Assembly: GCA_001795615.1 (NCBI GenBank)
Contig: MGKI01000006.1
Location: 3,636 to 67,635 of the forward strand
Source: Candidatus Yanofskybacteria bacterium RIFCSPLOWO2_01_FULL_42_49
Lineage (GTDB): Bacteria > Patescibacteriota > Minisyncoccia > 2-02-FULL-40-12 > GWA2-44-9
DNA: 64,000 bases
Direction: 5' to 3'
The position numbers and the translations under genes are program-made. Positions within the stretch are counted from its first letter, which is position 1, and each line of letters opens with the position of its first letter. The notes under the pieces were generated by a model. The model had not been told where the DNA came from. It saw nothing but the letters and a program-made list of their open reading frames with translations, and ran no database searches. Shown piece by piece: positions 9,166 through 18,570 of this stretch.

Positions 9166-10498
9166 AATCTATTTTTATTTCCTCATGCCAGGAATTGTAT
9201 TTTTTGGTAAAAGTACGCCGAAGATCTATATTGACGACATATTCGCCCGATTCAAGCTCATCAATCATCTGACGAAGGGTTAGACGCGGTTCTTCTTGAG
9301 CAAAGTTCTTCATTCCGTCCAAATGAATCTCTATCCCGACGGCACCAATTTTGTCCTCAACTTCCTTTTTAGATTTGACAGTAAGAAGTCTGACTGTAAA
9401 TTCTTTGATCGCCTTAGTCTCTTTATGCTGAAAGCTGATTCTTAAATCTAAGCTAAATTCCGCCTCTTCGCCTTTTATTTCCCAATCAACGGCTAAATAA
9501 CTACTAATGGACAAAGAAAATGTGGGGCGACCTGTTTTTAGATCTTTGCCAATTACTACTTTGGCCGGAATAAGCGAATAATCGCTGCTCTCAATAAAAG
9601 ACCTGCCTTCAGTCTCCGGCTGGCCGAGAATAGTTGGTTTATATCTTTCCGCCGTCAGAGCCGCCGGTTCGGGCGGATCGAGAGCTCCAAACTTTTTTTC
9701 ATCACCGTTTTCAATTACAATGTCGCTGGAATAAGCTGAAAATTCCGATAATGCCGCCCTAAAAGCGAATTCCATGCCGTTACGGTCGTTGCCGGCGACC
9801 AGTTCATCGTTCTGCACAAGTTCTTCCCAGGCAAACTGAAAGTCTTCCTGAGAAGACAGCCATCGGTAGCTGATTTCTTTCAACACGCTTTCAAGATCAA
9901 TAAAACCATAGTGTTTGAACAGGGTCAGCCGATCAAACCTCCTGTAAAACAAGAATCTGAAAAGCGGGCGGTCGTAGTACGGATCAAAATAGTACCAAAC
10001 CATCAACTCCATATAATCTCCGGAAAAACTGGCTTTAAAGTGGGGCTCCCCATAAAAAAGATAGACATGGGCCATGTCGCCTTTCAAGCCTCCGTTACGG
10101 CTGAAGCGCGTGCCCGGAATATCAATGTCTGAGGCAAAAATTTCGTTTTCAATGTTCTTAAGACGGCCGTCAATCATTTCTTTAAACTCATTCTGCGGAG
10201 TATTGATATCCGTATCTCTTATCTCCCAGAAAAATTTTTCGAACTTTCGAAACTCATCCAGCGTGTCGATTTCATCAAAAGGCCTAACTGATTCTGACAG
10301 CTTTGGATATTTTTCCAACGAATAGCCGATTTTTCTTTCGTCCAGAGTAATGAAAAAACCGTAATTTTTTTCAAAGCCACTCTTGGGCTGATAGACCGGA
10401 TTGCCAGGATCAATCTTAACTTGCTTTCCGGCACAACCGGTCAAAAAGCCAATAGCCAATAGCCCATAGCCCATAGCCAGACAAGTTTTGTTGGTCAT
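9164..10498 (-). CDS. Hypothetical lipoprotein
   Basis: Lipobox LTGCAG after hydrophobic signal; start overlaps upstream stop by 1 nt (TAATG); hexamer (GGCTAT)n repeat within signal-peptide coding region. Confidence 0.55.
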   Translation of the reverse strand: MTNKTCLAMGYGLLAIGFLTGCAGKQVKIDPGNPVYQPKSGFEKNYGFFITLDERKIGYSLEKYPKLSESVRPFDEIDTLDEFRKFEKFFWEIRDTDINTPQNEFKEMIDGRLKNIENEIFASDIDIPGTRFSRNGGLKGDMAHVYLFYGEPHFKASFSGDYMELMVWYYFDPYYDRPLFRFLFYRRFDRLTLFKHYGFIDLESVLKEISYRWLSSQEDFQFAWEELVQNDELVAGNDRNGMEFAFRAALSEFSAYSSDIVIENGDEKKFGALDPPEPAALTAERYKPTILGQPETEGRSFIESSDYSLIPAKVVIGKDLKTGRPTFSLSISSYLAVDWEIKGEEAEFSLDLRISFQHKETKAIKEFTVRLLTVKSKKEVEDKIGAVGIEIHLDGMKNFAQEEPRLTLRQMIDELESGEYVVNIDLRRTFTKKYNSWHEEIKID

Positions 10499-11139
10499 TA
10501 GCGATCTTCCTCGCTTGCCAGCCGAACAAGATCGAAGCGATCAAGTTTAAGTATGTGATATGAACCGCCGACTTGATATTTCCTACCAACAAGGATGTTG
10601 TGCGTTTTACCGTTGCCTACATTTTCGCTCAAAAATTCTATTTTTACTTTTTCGTTCTTTATAACCGGCAACCAGTTTCCATCGAACGGCCTGAACCAAA
10701 TACTGACATCCCTGCCTTGCGCATCTTTCTCGGTACGAGCGTCTTTTTGAATACGCCACTGAACATAGAGGAAGGGATCAGTTTTTGCGGAAAGCTCGTT
10801 TAAGCGATCCCGCTCTTCTTTTTGGGCAGACGATGCGGCAGCTACTTCCCTGAATAGTCTCTGGTTTTTAGGATATTTTTTGGAAAGAACGAGTGGAAGA
10901 TGACGGCTTATGACTCGTACAAATTCTCGCAAATTGGCCGGATTCTGGTACTTAACATCTAGGCCAAGATAAGCAACGGCGTCGTCAGATAGTCTAATTT
11001 CAATCCGTGAGACAGAAACGACAATCCAGCCGCTTATATCCGGCACAGACGGTGTATCTGCCCGAGCGGGCTCACCGCGAGCAAGATACGGACAAAAACA
11101 AAAGAAAATTAGCGCCAGTAGAGCTGTTTTCATTGCCAA
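10498..11139 (-). CDS. Hypothetical secreted protein
   Basis: Signal peptide MAMKTALLALIFFCFCPYLARG; 213 aa. Confidence 0.5.
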   Translation of the reverse strand: MAMKTALLALIFFCFCPYLARGEPARADTPSVPDISGWIVVSVSRIEIRLSDDAVAYLGLDVKYQNPANLREFVRVISRHLPLVLSKKYPKNQRLFREVAAASSAQKEERDRLNELSAKTDPFLYVQWRIQKDARTEKDAQGRDVSIWFRPFDGNWLPVIKNEKVKIEFLSENVGNGKTHNILVGRKYQVGGSYHILKLDRFDLVRLASEEDR

Positions 11140-11164
11140 TCCTTGTCAATGAACTTTCCCCAAC

Positions 11165-11198
11165 TCTAAATAAAATAAAGACCCGCGTCAAACGCGGG
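11165..11198 (-). terminator. Rho-independent terminator (cccgcg-tcaaa-cgcggg, T-run on minus)
   Basis: Downstream of large gene stop at 11244. Confidence 0.5.
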
Positions 11199-11243
11199 AA
11201 TAATTTATTCGTGTGTGCGCATTCGTAGCGCGCTATTCGCATA

Positions 11244-14200
11244 CTACCAAGGCAAAGTGACATAGAAACTTGGTCTCCATTTGCCATTATCTCTTGTCCA
11301 AATTGATTGCGCCGGCCAACCAATAAACGGTATAACATACTGGATTCCGACTCCATAGGTCTTGATTTCCTGAGCGGGAAAATTTTCGTCGGTAAATTTG
11401 GCCAATGCCGCATCGGCAAACAAGAAACCTCTTACGCCTTGATACAGAAGATATGTGCCCGGAATCGGAAATCTCAATTCTGCGCTGGCATAACCAATCT
11501 GATTTCCGGCAATACTGCCGTATTCACAGCCGCGGCCTCGTTCAGGCCCGCAAAGAAGCATAAAGTCGCCGTTGGCTCTGGAATTGGCCATCAGCTCAAT
11601 TCTGCCGGCAAATAATGAATTTAAGCCCAGATGGCGATAAGTTCTCGCGGCAACATTTACGGACGCATAACTTTGAAATTCCTCGCCGATAGGCGGAGCA
11701 AATTCAACTTGTGCGCGGAAAGCATTGCCGTGGAATGGACCCCAAGTGTTGCTAGAAGATAAAACCGTATCCCGGACATAAGCCGCGCCAAATGTCCAGT
11801 TTGAACCGTTAGAGGTCTTCAAAAATCTATACATCTGCAGATCGGCATCGGTAAAATTCGGATCGGCCTTAATATCAGCTTCGCTTAATTCTCCCACCTT
11901 ATACCCGAAAACGCTGAACGAACGATGGCGCAGACGGGAAAAAAGTTCCAGCCGGTTAAATTTGTTCCGAGGATAATCCAGCGTTAAGTCCAAAGCTGTT
12001 TCTTTAAACCAAGTATTGTTGAGAAGGAATTGATTCGGATAACGCTCGACAATATCATAAAACAAATAGTAATAAGGCATTTGATATTGATGGGCACCCC
12101 AGCGCCAACCGGTTCTCTTTTCCCGGTTTTGATACGAGTAGTCAATAAACCTGAAATTGCCGTTAAAAGCAAGTAAGCCGACATGTTGTTTTGTTTCAAG
12201 AAGGTTAGAACAGCCCAGGAAACTTTGGCCAAACATTCCCCAATAAGTACTAGCGCCGAAACTTATGCCTCCGCCCCCGCAGCTCCACTTTTCAGGCGGC
12301 TCTGTTGGATTCAGAAGCTGATTACCGTCCAGTTCAAACTGGAAAAGATCCCGGCTCGGATTGAAAACAAACTCTCCGGCAGGACCTGTGTTTTGGACTA
12401 CATACTGCCGAATTGGCTTTTTTAATTTTGCTTCAAAAATTTTGTCGTACACGCCGCCGTTTTGAGTATCCTCTCCGGGCGACACATAGTAGACAACATC
12501 AAGGGTCCCTCTGGCAAAGACGGGGGCTTTGGCTCCTAGAGGAAATTCTGTCCATTGAGAAATTGTCCGCGTGGCCAAATCAAGTGTGTATAAATTCCAG
12601 ATACCATTGGCTTCGTCCGAAGCATAAACAATCGTTGAGCCGTCATCTGACCAACTCGGCCAACCGTCATTGAATGAACCGAATGTCAGCTGTTCCTGCC
12701 GCCCCTCTTCCACATAGTGGATAAAAAGATGCTGAAAGTCGTCATCCTGATCAATATAAACAATCTTGGTTCCGTTGGGTGAAACCGACGGCGCTGTGGC
12801 AAAGTTTTTATTGTCCGTAATTTTCTGAACCTGAACCGTGTCTGGATCACCGATGTAAACCGCCCAAATGTTGCGGGCAGTATTCTCCGCTGCGGAGAAA
12901 TAAACCCAATTGCCGTCAGGACTAAACGATGGCGAAAACGCCTGATCAAGAGGTAATTCTATCTTTCTTGATATTTTTCCCGTTTTAGCGTCAACAACCA
13001 CTAAAGCATGGCCCCTGTTTATCCTCGCAAAAAATGCAATCTTGCTTCCATCCGGAGACCAACTCGCATCAAAACCGTTAAACGACCAAGTCTCAAAGCC
13101 TTGAGAAATAAGATATTCCCAAGGCACAGGAGGAAGTTGAGGAGTAAGATTCGTTAACTTTCCTGAACCGTTCGGACCAAAGGCCTTATTTCCGTTTCCT
13201 AGTTTTTCCCGCTCTTCTTTTGAAACATAGACTTTCTCTTTTGGTATTTCATACCTCACCAGCGCCACACCATATTTAAGAACAGTAAATGCCGCGAGTT
13301 GCGTACCATCCGGGGCAAGCATCGGCGAACTCATCGGGGCTGAGTGATTCCAAGGCATAACGGGTCGTCCCTCGAAGTTGTCATTCCGTTCATAGGGCTT
13401 GGGCCGGTTGTTAATCTCGTCTCCGTATTTGTCCATCCAAAATCGGATAATCGCTTGATTGAATTTTTCAGAATCTATGTCCGGATTGCCAAGTTCGCCT
13501 TCCGTAAGATCATAGATTAATTCACCGAGCCCGATCTTGCTTTGTTTAAATCCTGCGACCTGAAACGTCACTCCGGCATTAAACTTTTCTTCAAGGAATT
13601 CAAACGCCATAGCTCCGCCTGAATAAGGATTAACCTGTCCTCGATTAAGAGCTTCCCAAGTGGGAACAAAATGTCTGTCAGAAGAAGTAATTTTTTGATC
13701 ATCTCTTCTGATGTCTCCGCGAGTATGCGGCTCGTATAAACCGGCGATAAACTCGGCGCCGCCTTCATAAAACCAGCCGGGACGTTGATTTTTCATGTTT
13801 ACCACAAAGTCGATAATACCGGGATTTCGGATATCAAATTGAAATTCGTGCGCTAACTCGTGAACGCCGATAGCGCGGCCTAACGGTTTCGAAAAATCTG
13901 CCTTGAGCACCATCCGCCTTTTTTCTGATTCCGCAAAAGCGCCGACTCCTTCGGGCAGGAATCCGCCGACGATATTACTTGACTCCATATCGGTGTGGGT
14001 TTTATATAACCAAATAGGAATCCTTCTTTCTATCGTATGGCCATAAACCTCCTGACCGCTCATCCAATCACGGGCATTTTCCAGATTGGCAACAACCATT
14101 TCCAGATATTCCTTTTGAACAGGATCATTTGTATCAAGATTGTGCCAAACATCAAAACGATATGATTCATAGAATTTGTCCAACTGATTATAACGAACAT

Positions 14201-14282
14201 TATTCTTCCCAAACTGCGCGCTAGCCGGCACAGAAAGAAAAATACCGAGAGCCATAACTAGAGCAATTTTCTTCCACTTCAT
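11244..14282 (-). CDS. Large secreted protein: HEXXH zincin-like N-domain + TolB/PD40-like beta-propeller repeats + C-terminal beta-rich domain ending in aromatic residue
   Basis: Start moved to MKWKK (14282; signal peptide, SD AGGAAA); GVHELAHEF motif; repeats WSPDGSKIAF, FSPDGNW, VSPNGTKIVY; C-terminus ...SFYVTLPW. Confidence 0.65.
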   Translation of the reverse strand: MKWKKIALVMALGIFLSVPASAQFGKNNVRYNQLDKFYESYRFDVWHNLDTNDPVQKEYLEMVVANLENARDWMSGQEVYGHTIERRIPIWLYKTHTDMESSNIVGGFLPEGVGAFAESEKRRMVLKADFSKPLGRAIGVHELAHEFQFDIRNPGIIDFVVNMKNQRPGWFYEGGAEFIAGLYEPHTRGDIRRDDQKITSSDRHFVPTWEALNRGQVNPYSGGAMAFEFLEEKFNAGVTFQVAGFKQSKIGLGELIYDLTEGELGNPDIDSEKFNQAIIRFWMDKYGDEINNRPKPYERNDNFEGRPVMPWNHSAPMSSPMLAPDGTQLAAFTVLKYGVALVRYEIPKEKVYVSKEEREKLGNGNKAFGPNGSGKLTNLTPQLPPVPWEYLISQGFETWSFNGFDASWSPDGSKIAFFARINRGHALVVVDAKTGKISRKIELPLDQAFSPSFSPDGNWVYFSAAENTARNIWAVYIGDPDTVQVQKITDNKNFATAPSVSPNGTKIVYIDQDDDFQHLFIHYVEEGRQEQLTFGSFNDGWPSWSDDGSTIVYASDEANGIWNLYTLDLATRTISQWTEFPLGAKAPVFARGTLDVVYYVSPGEDTQNGGVYDKIFEAKLKKPIRQYVVQNTGPAGEFVFNPSRDLFQFELDGNQLLNPTEPPEKWSCGGGGISFGASTYWGMFGQSFLGCSNLLETKQHVGLLAFNGNFRFIDYSYQNREKRTGWRWGAHQYQMPYYYLFYDIVERYPNQFLLNNTWFKETALDLTLDYPRNKFNRLELFSRLRHRSFSVFGYKVGELSEADIKADPNFTDADLQMYRFLKTSNGSNWTFGAAYVRDTVLSSSNTWGPFHGNAFRAQVEFAPPIGEEFQSYASVNVAARTYRHLGLNSLFAGRIELMANSRANGDFMLLCGPERGRGCEYGSIAGNQIGYASAELRFPIPGTYLLYQGVRGFLFADAALAKFTDENFPAQEIKTYGVGIQYVIPFIGWPAQSIWTRDNGKWRPSFYVTLPW

Positions 14283-14362
14283 TAGTGTTTTCCTGTTTAT
14301 CAATGAGCTAATTACGGTTAAAGTACGACTATTCCTTTTGTCCGTCAAGGATAATCTAACTC

Positions 14363-14399
14363 CTGTGGATAATCGACTTGCGAAGTCGATTATCCACAG
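14363..14399. promoter_or_regulatory. Perfect 17-bp-arm palindrome containing two convergent consensus DnaA boxes (TGTGGATAA / TTATCCACA)
   Basis: ctgtggataatcgactt-gcg-aagtcgattatccacag seen directly, in 5' region of large secreted-protein gene. Confidence 0.4.
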
Positions 14400-14408
14400 A
14401 TAAACAAA

Positions 14409-14429
14409 AGCGGCGATTTTATCGCCGCT
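14409..14429 (-). terminator. Rho-independent terminator after cdd-like gene
   Basis: gcggcgat-ttt-atcgccgc with T-run on minus (plus taaacaaaa). Confidence 0.5.
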
Positions 14430-14431
14430 AC

Positions 14432-14974
14432 TTAATACTTCACACCTAAGTCAGCGGGACCGAATTTCAGCGGAAATGCGTTGTCAATTGTTACCATGGT
14501 TACCTCGCCTGTAGGCAACAAACCGTACATTTCAACGCTGCCGTCTTCAAGGCAATTCTCCCAGATACACTGCAAACAATGTCCGCACGGAGCGGGAATC
14601 TCCGAAAACTTCACTTGCCAAATTTCACGCTTCTTAGTAATGACAGGCGGAAGGACTATATCTATGCTCTCGGGTCCGGCCACAAGCACTAGCCGTGCCA
14701 ATTTAACTCCCCTGCCCTCAGCGGCAACCATGCTATCCAGCGCATTCTGCTCAGCGTGAGTCGTCTGGGTCCAACTGGCCCGCTCAACATTACAGCCACG
14801 ATAAACATAACCAGTATTCGCGCTTTGTGCGGCAACTCCAACCAAATAACGAGAAGATGGCGCTTGAGCCTTTTCTCTGACTTCTCTGGCCACATAAAAC
14901 ATTTCTTTGACGACTCCATCTAAATCTTCGAATCTGCCCACCCATACAGTAACAGTGCGGCTGATTGCTTTCAT
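14432..14974 (-). CDS. Cytidine/deoxycytidylate deaminase family protein
   Basis: Zinc-binding signature HAEQNAL ... PCGHCLQ. Confidence 0.7.
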   Translation of the reverse strand: MKAISRTVTVWVGRFEDLDGVVKEMFYVAREVREKAQAPSSRYLVGVAAQSANTGYVYRGCNVERASWTQTTHAEQNALDSMVAAEGRGVKLARLVLVAGPESIDIVLPPVITKKREIWQVKFSEIPAPCGHCLQCIWENCLEDGSVEMYGLLPTGEVTMVTIDNAFPLKFGPADLGVKY

Positions 14975-15801
14975 GCTACCATCCCCGTTATTTCGTCGTA
15001 TCTTTCAACAAGCTCTCGAAGCAAACGCAACTCAATGCACCGCGATTGGTCAACTCGGGCGCGGATTTCGTCAAGCCGGCCGATAACCTCCCATGTTTCA
15101 ACGGGAATCCAGACACCGCGATAGCCGACCCCAAGCGCCGGAACGATGTCTTTTTCATAGTCATTGCCGACGCTGAAAAGCCGATAACTTTCTAAACCCT
15201 TAGCCATCTCTGTGAACACTTCGGGCGTTTTCTTGCTCTCAACAACTCTAACGGAACAAAACCTTTTTCCTGCATCAAGTACTGACAATTTTCTGCCTTG
15301 TACTCTCTTGTCACCCTTCGTAAGAAGGAGAATTAAATCTCCCTTCTTCTCCAGAAAATCGAGAACTGGAAAAGTGTCAGAATAAACATTTTTTCTGTAT
15401 CGAGAGGAGTCAAAAGCTTTCAAGCCAGTGTATAAAAGCTCGGACTCAACACTACGGATCGGTGACTTGCCTACCCGTCGGCATATTTCTCTGTAAACTT
15501 CCACAAGCGAAGTCGGAAATCTTTCCATTGAATAACCGTATGGCTGATTCGTGGCCGGATTGATTTCCGCCACTCGCCGGCTGTCTATCTCCTGTTCAAG
15601 CGCAACAATCGCAGATACATGGGGAGCCGCATCGCCAAGAGTGTCAATTACTAGTTTACAGGCGTTAAGAATAGGGAAAGCATAATCATGGACATTGCTC
15701 ATTAATGTATCGTCCAAATCAAACACCCAAGCATTTCTCGGAGAAGGCCCCTGTGCTTTAGCCAAGGTTTCTGTCGGTTTGTTCATAATCCTCCACAGCA
15801 A
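14971..15801 (-). CDS. HAD-superfamily hydrolase
   Basis: Motif I VFDLDDTL, motif IV SVGNDYEKDI; 4-nt overlap with downstream deaminase gene. Confidence 0.75.
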   Translation of the reverse strand: MLWRIMNKPTETLAKAQGPSPRNAWVFDLDDTLMSNVHDYAFPILNACKLVIDTLGDAAPHVSAIVALEQEIDSRRVAEINPATNQPYGYSMERFPTSLVEVYREICRRVGKSPIRSVESELLYTGLKAFDSSRYRKNVYSDTFPVLDFLEKKGDLILLLTKGDKRVQGRKLSVLDAGKRFCSVRVVESKKTPEVFTEMAKGLESYRLFSVGNDYEKDIVPALGVGYRGVWIPVETWEVIGRLDEIRARVDQSRCIELRLLRELVERYDEITGMVA

Positions 15802-15852
15802 AGAACTTTGTAAAGACTATAAACTAAAGTTTAGAAAAACAAAAGACAAGTT

Positions 15853-16545
15853 TTATCTCGTCGCAAGCCGATCGGGAAAGTTGGAGAATGCGCCATCGGC
15901 GCCAAGTTTTTGTATTTTTTCAATATCTTCCTTCTCGTTTACTGTCCAGACAAAAACCTTGAAGCCCCGACGCTTTATATCAGAGATCAGATCTTCTGAC
16001 GCTTTCTCCTGCGGCACATGGATAGAATAAGCCGCCACTTCTCCCGCGAAATCGAACAAATCGTCATAATTATTGTTAAACAAAACACCTATTCTGTTGC
16101 CAAAAGCACACCGTCTAAATTCTCTCAATTCATCCCAATCAAAAGATGAGACGATAAAAAGTTCGGGATTCCATCCGTTGCTTACATGTTGTCTGATAAT
16201 GTCGGCCGCGGGTTGAGCCGTTTCTCTCCCTTTCAATTCTATATTCACTGCGGCTCTTTTATTTACTAGACTAAGCACCTCTTCAAGAACAGGAATCCTC
16301 TCACCCTTACCGGCATCCAACAATTTTAACTCTCCCAACTCCATATTACCCACCAGCCCTTGGCCATTTGTAGTCCTGTCTACGCTCTCATCGTGTATCA
16401 CAACCGTTTCCCCTGTTTTACACAAGTGGATATCCAATTCAATCATGTCAACGCCCAATTCAATGGCTTTATCAAAAGACCGAAGAGTATTCTCCGGTTC
16501 ATAACCCATCGCCCCGCGATGACCTATTTTTATGAATTTGGACAT
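15853..16545 (-). CDS. Glycerophosphodiester phosphodiesterase
   Basis: MSKFIKIGHRGA...ENTLRSF...GVDMIELDIHLCKTGETVVIHD; start moved from 16656 to 16545. Confidence 0.8.
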   Translation of the reverse strand: MSKFIKIGHRGAMGYEPENTLRSFDKAIELGVDMIELDIHLCKTGETVVIHDESVDRTTNGQGLVGNMELGELKLLDAGKGERIPVLEEVLSLVNKRAAVNIELKGRETAQPAADIIRQHVSNGWNPELFIVSSFDWDELREFRRCAFGNRIGVLFNNNYDDLFDFAGEVAAYSIHVPQEKASEDLISDIKRRGFKVFVWTVNEKEDIEKIQKLGADGAFSNFPDRLATR

Positions 16546-16576
16546 CTGTCTGCCGTTTTTAGCTGCTCTATGATTC

Positions 16577-17173
16577 TTACCGAGTGCTGTATTTAACCAC
16601 GCAGTCTTTTCCTTTTTCGTGTTTGGCCACATACATTGCCTTATCAGCCCGTTCAACTAATTCTTTAAAGGACATGTCCTCGTCAAAACACGCTACTCCA
16701 ACGCTCACTGTGACGGCCGTGTCTTTTACCTTAACACGGCTTTTGATAGCCGCCCTTATTTCTTCTGCTTTTTTATACGCTTCGTCCTCGTTCGTACCCA
16801 CCAGAGCGGCGACAATTTCTTCCCCTCCCCAACGAGCAACAAAATCAACACTCCTCACCTTGCCGCTGATAATCTGGGCAACCCGCTGTAACATCTGATC
16901 GCCTATTTTATGCCCATGGACATCATTTAATTTTTTAAAATTATCGACATCAAAAAACAAGATACTTATTGAGTCAACGAAAAAATGGCGCCTGGCATCC
17001 TGATTTTCCCTGCCATAAGATATGTCCTTTATTATCCGGGAAACTTCCTCCTCAAACCCTCGCCGGTTGTACAACCCGGTCAATGGATCTTTGGTGGCTA
17101 GTTTCTTCAGCTCTCTTATTTGGATATCGCGTTTATAGATTTCCTGTTTTAATTTTTTTATTTCTTCAGACAT
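16577..17173 (-). CDS. GGDEF-domain diguanylate cyclase with N-terminal coiled coil (GGEEI variant)
   Basis: LTGLYNRRGFEEE, FFDVDNFKKLNDVHGHKIGD, RWGGEEIV; start moved to MSEEIKK (17173). Confidence 0.75.
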   Translation of the reverse strand: MSEEIKKLKQEIYKRDIQIRELKKLATKDPLTGLYNRRGFEEEVSRIIKDISYGRENQDARRHFFVDSISILFFDVDNFKKLNDVHGHKIGDQMLQRVAQIISGKVRSVDFVARWGGEEIVAALVGTNEDEAYKKAEEIRAAIKSRVKVKDTAVTVSVGVACFDEDMSFKELVERADKAMYVAKHEKGKDCVVKYSTR

Positions 17174-17205
17174 AGATTTTACTTCCCGCCGTCGCGTTTT
17201 TCTGG

Positions 17206-17255
17206 CGGCAGGTACAATTCTATACCTGCCAGCCAGGCGCAAAATTGTGCCTGGC
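17206..17255. other. Two adjacent perfect hairpins (ggcaggta..tacctgcc; gccaggc..gcctggc) between tRNA-Ser 3' end and GGDEF gene
   Basis: Seen directly; second stem has CCAGGC/GCCTGG type arms. Confidence 0.4.
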
Positions 17256-17341
17256 GGAGAGGGTGGGATTTGAACCCACGAGACCCTTTCGAGCCTGCCG
17301 CCTTTCCAAGACGGTGCACTAGACCACTATGCGACCTCTCC
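17252..17341 (-). tRNA. tRNA-Ser (anticodon GGA), encoded CCA
   Basis: Manual fold: acceptor GGAGAGG/CCTCTCC, D-stem 4 bp, anticodon stem CCGTC/GGCGG loop TTGGAAA, long variable arm, T-arm GTGGG-TTCAAAT-CCCAC, 3' GCCA. Confidence 0.85.
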
Positions 17342-17361
17342 AACTGACGCAATATTTTACC

Positions 17362-18267
17362 TTAAAACTGCATTCTGCGCAAAATACGAATTCGTTCCTC
17401 TGTTGGTGGGTGTGTCAGAAACAAACGAGTAAACCAGCCGCTTTCTTGTTTGCCCTTAAACGGATTAGAAATAAAAAGGTGAGCCGTACCGCTGTGAGCG
17501 CGATGCATCGGTGTTTGGTCTTGAGCAATTTTTTCAAGCGCGCCGGCAAGGCCTTCAGGGTAGCGGGTCAACAAAGCGCCGGACGCATCGGCAAGAAACT
17601 CTCTTTTTCGCGAAACAGCCAGACGAATGATTGTCGCAATAAGGGGCGCGAGTACGGCAACCGCAATAGCCACCAACAGAATAACCGCTCCGCCTTGTTT
17701 ATTATCATTATCGCGGCCACCTAAATTGCCCCCTAACCCAGCTCTCAAAAACCAGTCAGCCAATATCGCTATCAAGCCGGCGAGGACGACAACCACGGAA
17801 GAAATCAGTATGTCCCTGTTTCCAATATGGGATAACTCATGGGCCAAAACTCCTTCAAGCTCCGTTTTGTCTAACTTTGCCAATGCCCCTTCCGTAACGG
17901 CAATGGCAGCGTGCTTAGGGTCTCTGCCGGTAGCAAAAGCGTTAATCTGGCCGTCATGCATCACATATACCCTAGGCATAGGCAAGCCAGCAGTTATGGA
18001 TAAATTCTCAATAATACGAAAAAGCTCCAAATGCGTCTCACGGGATGCCGGCTTCGCGCCGGACATTGCTAAAGCAACTTTATCTGAATACCAGTACGCA
18101 AAAAAATTCATAGACACTGCCAAAAACACGGCAAAATACAATATCTCCGGCGAGTTATAAATAAACCCGAAAAGCCAGCCGATAAAAATTATCAAAACCA
18201 AAAACACGGTCATCAACAACCATGTTTTGCGGATATTGGAGTCCTTATGCTGATAAAGATTTGCCAC
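17362..18267 (-). CDS. htpX: Zinc metalloprotease HtpX (M48)
   Basis: HELSHIGNRD motif, multiple TM helices. Confidence 0.85.
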   Translation of the reverse strand: MANLYQHKDSNIRKTWLLMTVFLVLIIFIGWLFGFIYNSPEILYFAVFLAVSMNFFAYWYSDKVALAMSGAKPASRETHLELFRIIENLSITAGLPMPRVYVMHDGQINAFATGRDPKHAAIAVTEGALAKLDKTELEGVLAHELSHIGNRDILISSVVVVLAGLIAILADWFLRAGLGGNLGGRDNDNKQGGAVILLVAIAVAVLAPLIATIIRLAVSRKREFLADASGALLTRYPEGLAGALEKIAQDQTPMHRAHSGTAHLFISNPFKGKQESGWFTRLFLTHPPTEERIRILRRMQF

Positions 18268-18568
18268 GGTGAAAAATGTATTCGTATGCCTTATAAACCG
18301 TAAGTATAAAAAACGGCATAATTAAAAAGAACAAGTATTCTTCAAGTGGTAAAAGCCAAATTTTGACACCGATAATACCTTCCCCAGGAAAAGACCAGTG
18401 GCCTCGCCAAACTGCAAAAGTATCCCAAGCTGTTCCTAAAATAAAGAAATGCAAAGTTATAACCAACCTTTCTTTCAGTGAGTGGTATAAGTGAATCTTA
18501 TATTTCCACTCCACATAAAAAGCGCTGGCAAGAAGAAACAAAAGAATAAATAGATATTCGCCCACCAT
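18245..18568 (-). CDS. Small membrane protein with lycopene-cyclase-domain-like PxEE motif
   Basis: LLPLEEYLFFLIMPFFI; 107 aa, 3-4 TM; overlaps htpX start by 23 nt. Confidence 0.4.
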   Translation of the reverse strand: MVGEYLFILLFLLASAFYVEWKYKIHLYHSLKERLVITLHFFILGTAWDTFAVWRGHWSFPGEGIIGVKIWLLPLEEYLFFLIMPFFILTVYKAYEYIFHRGKSLSA

Positions 18569-18570
18569 TT

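Noticed and set aside
14363-14399. DnaA-box palindrome as replication origin
   Set aside because: Only two boxes are present. There is no dnaA or dnaN nearby and no adjacent AT-rich unwinding element. It is retained as a regulatory-site hypothesis only.
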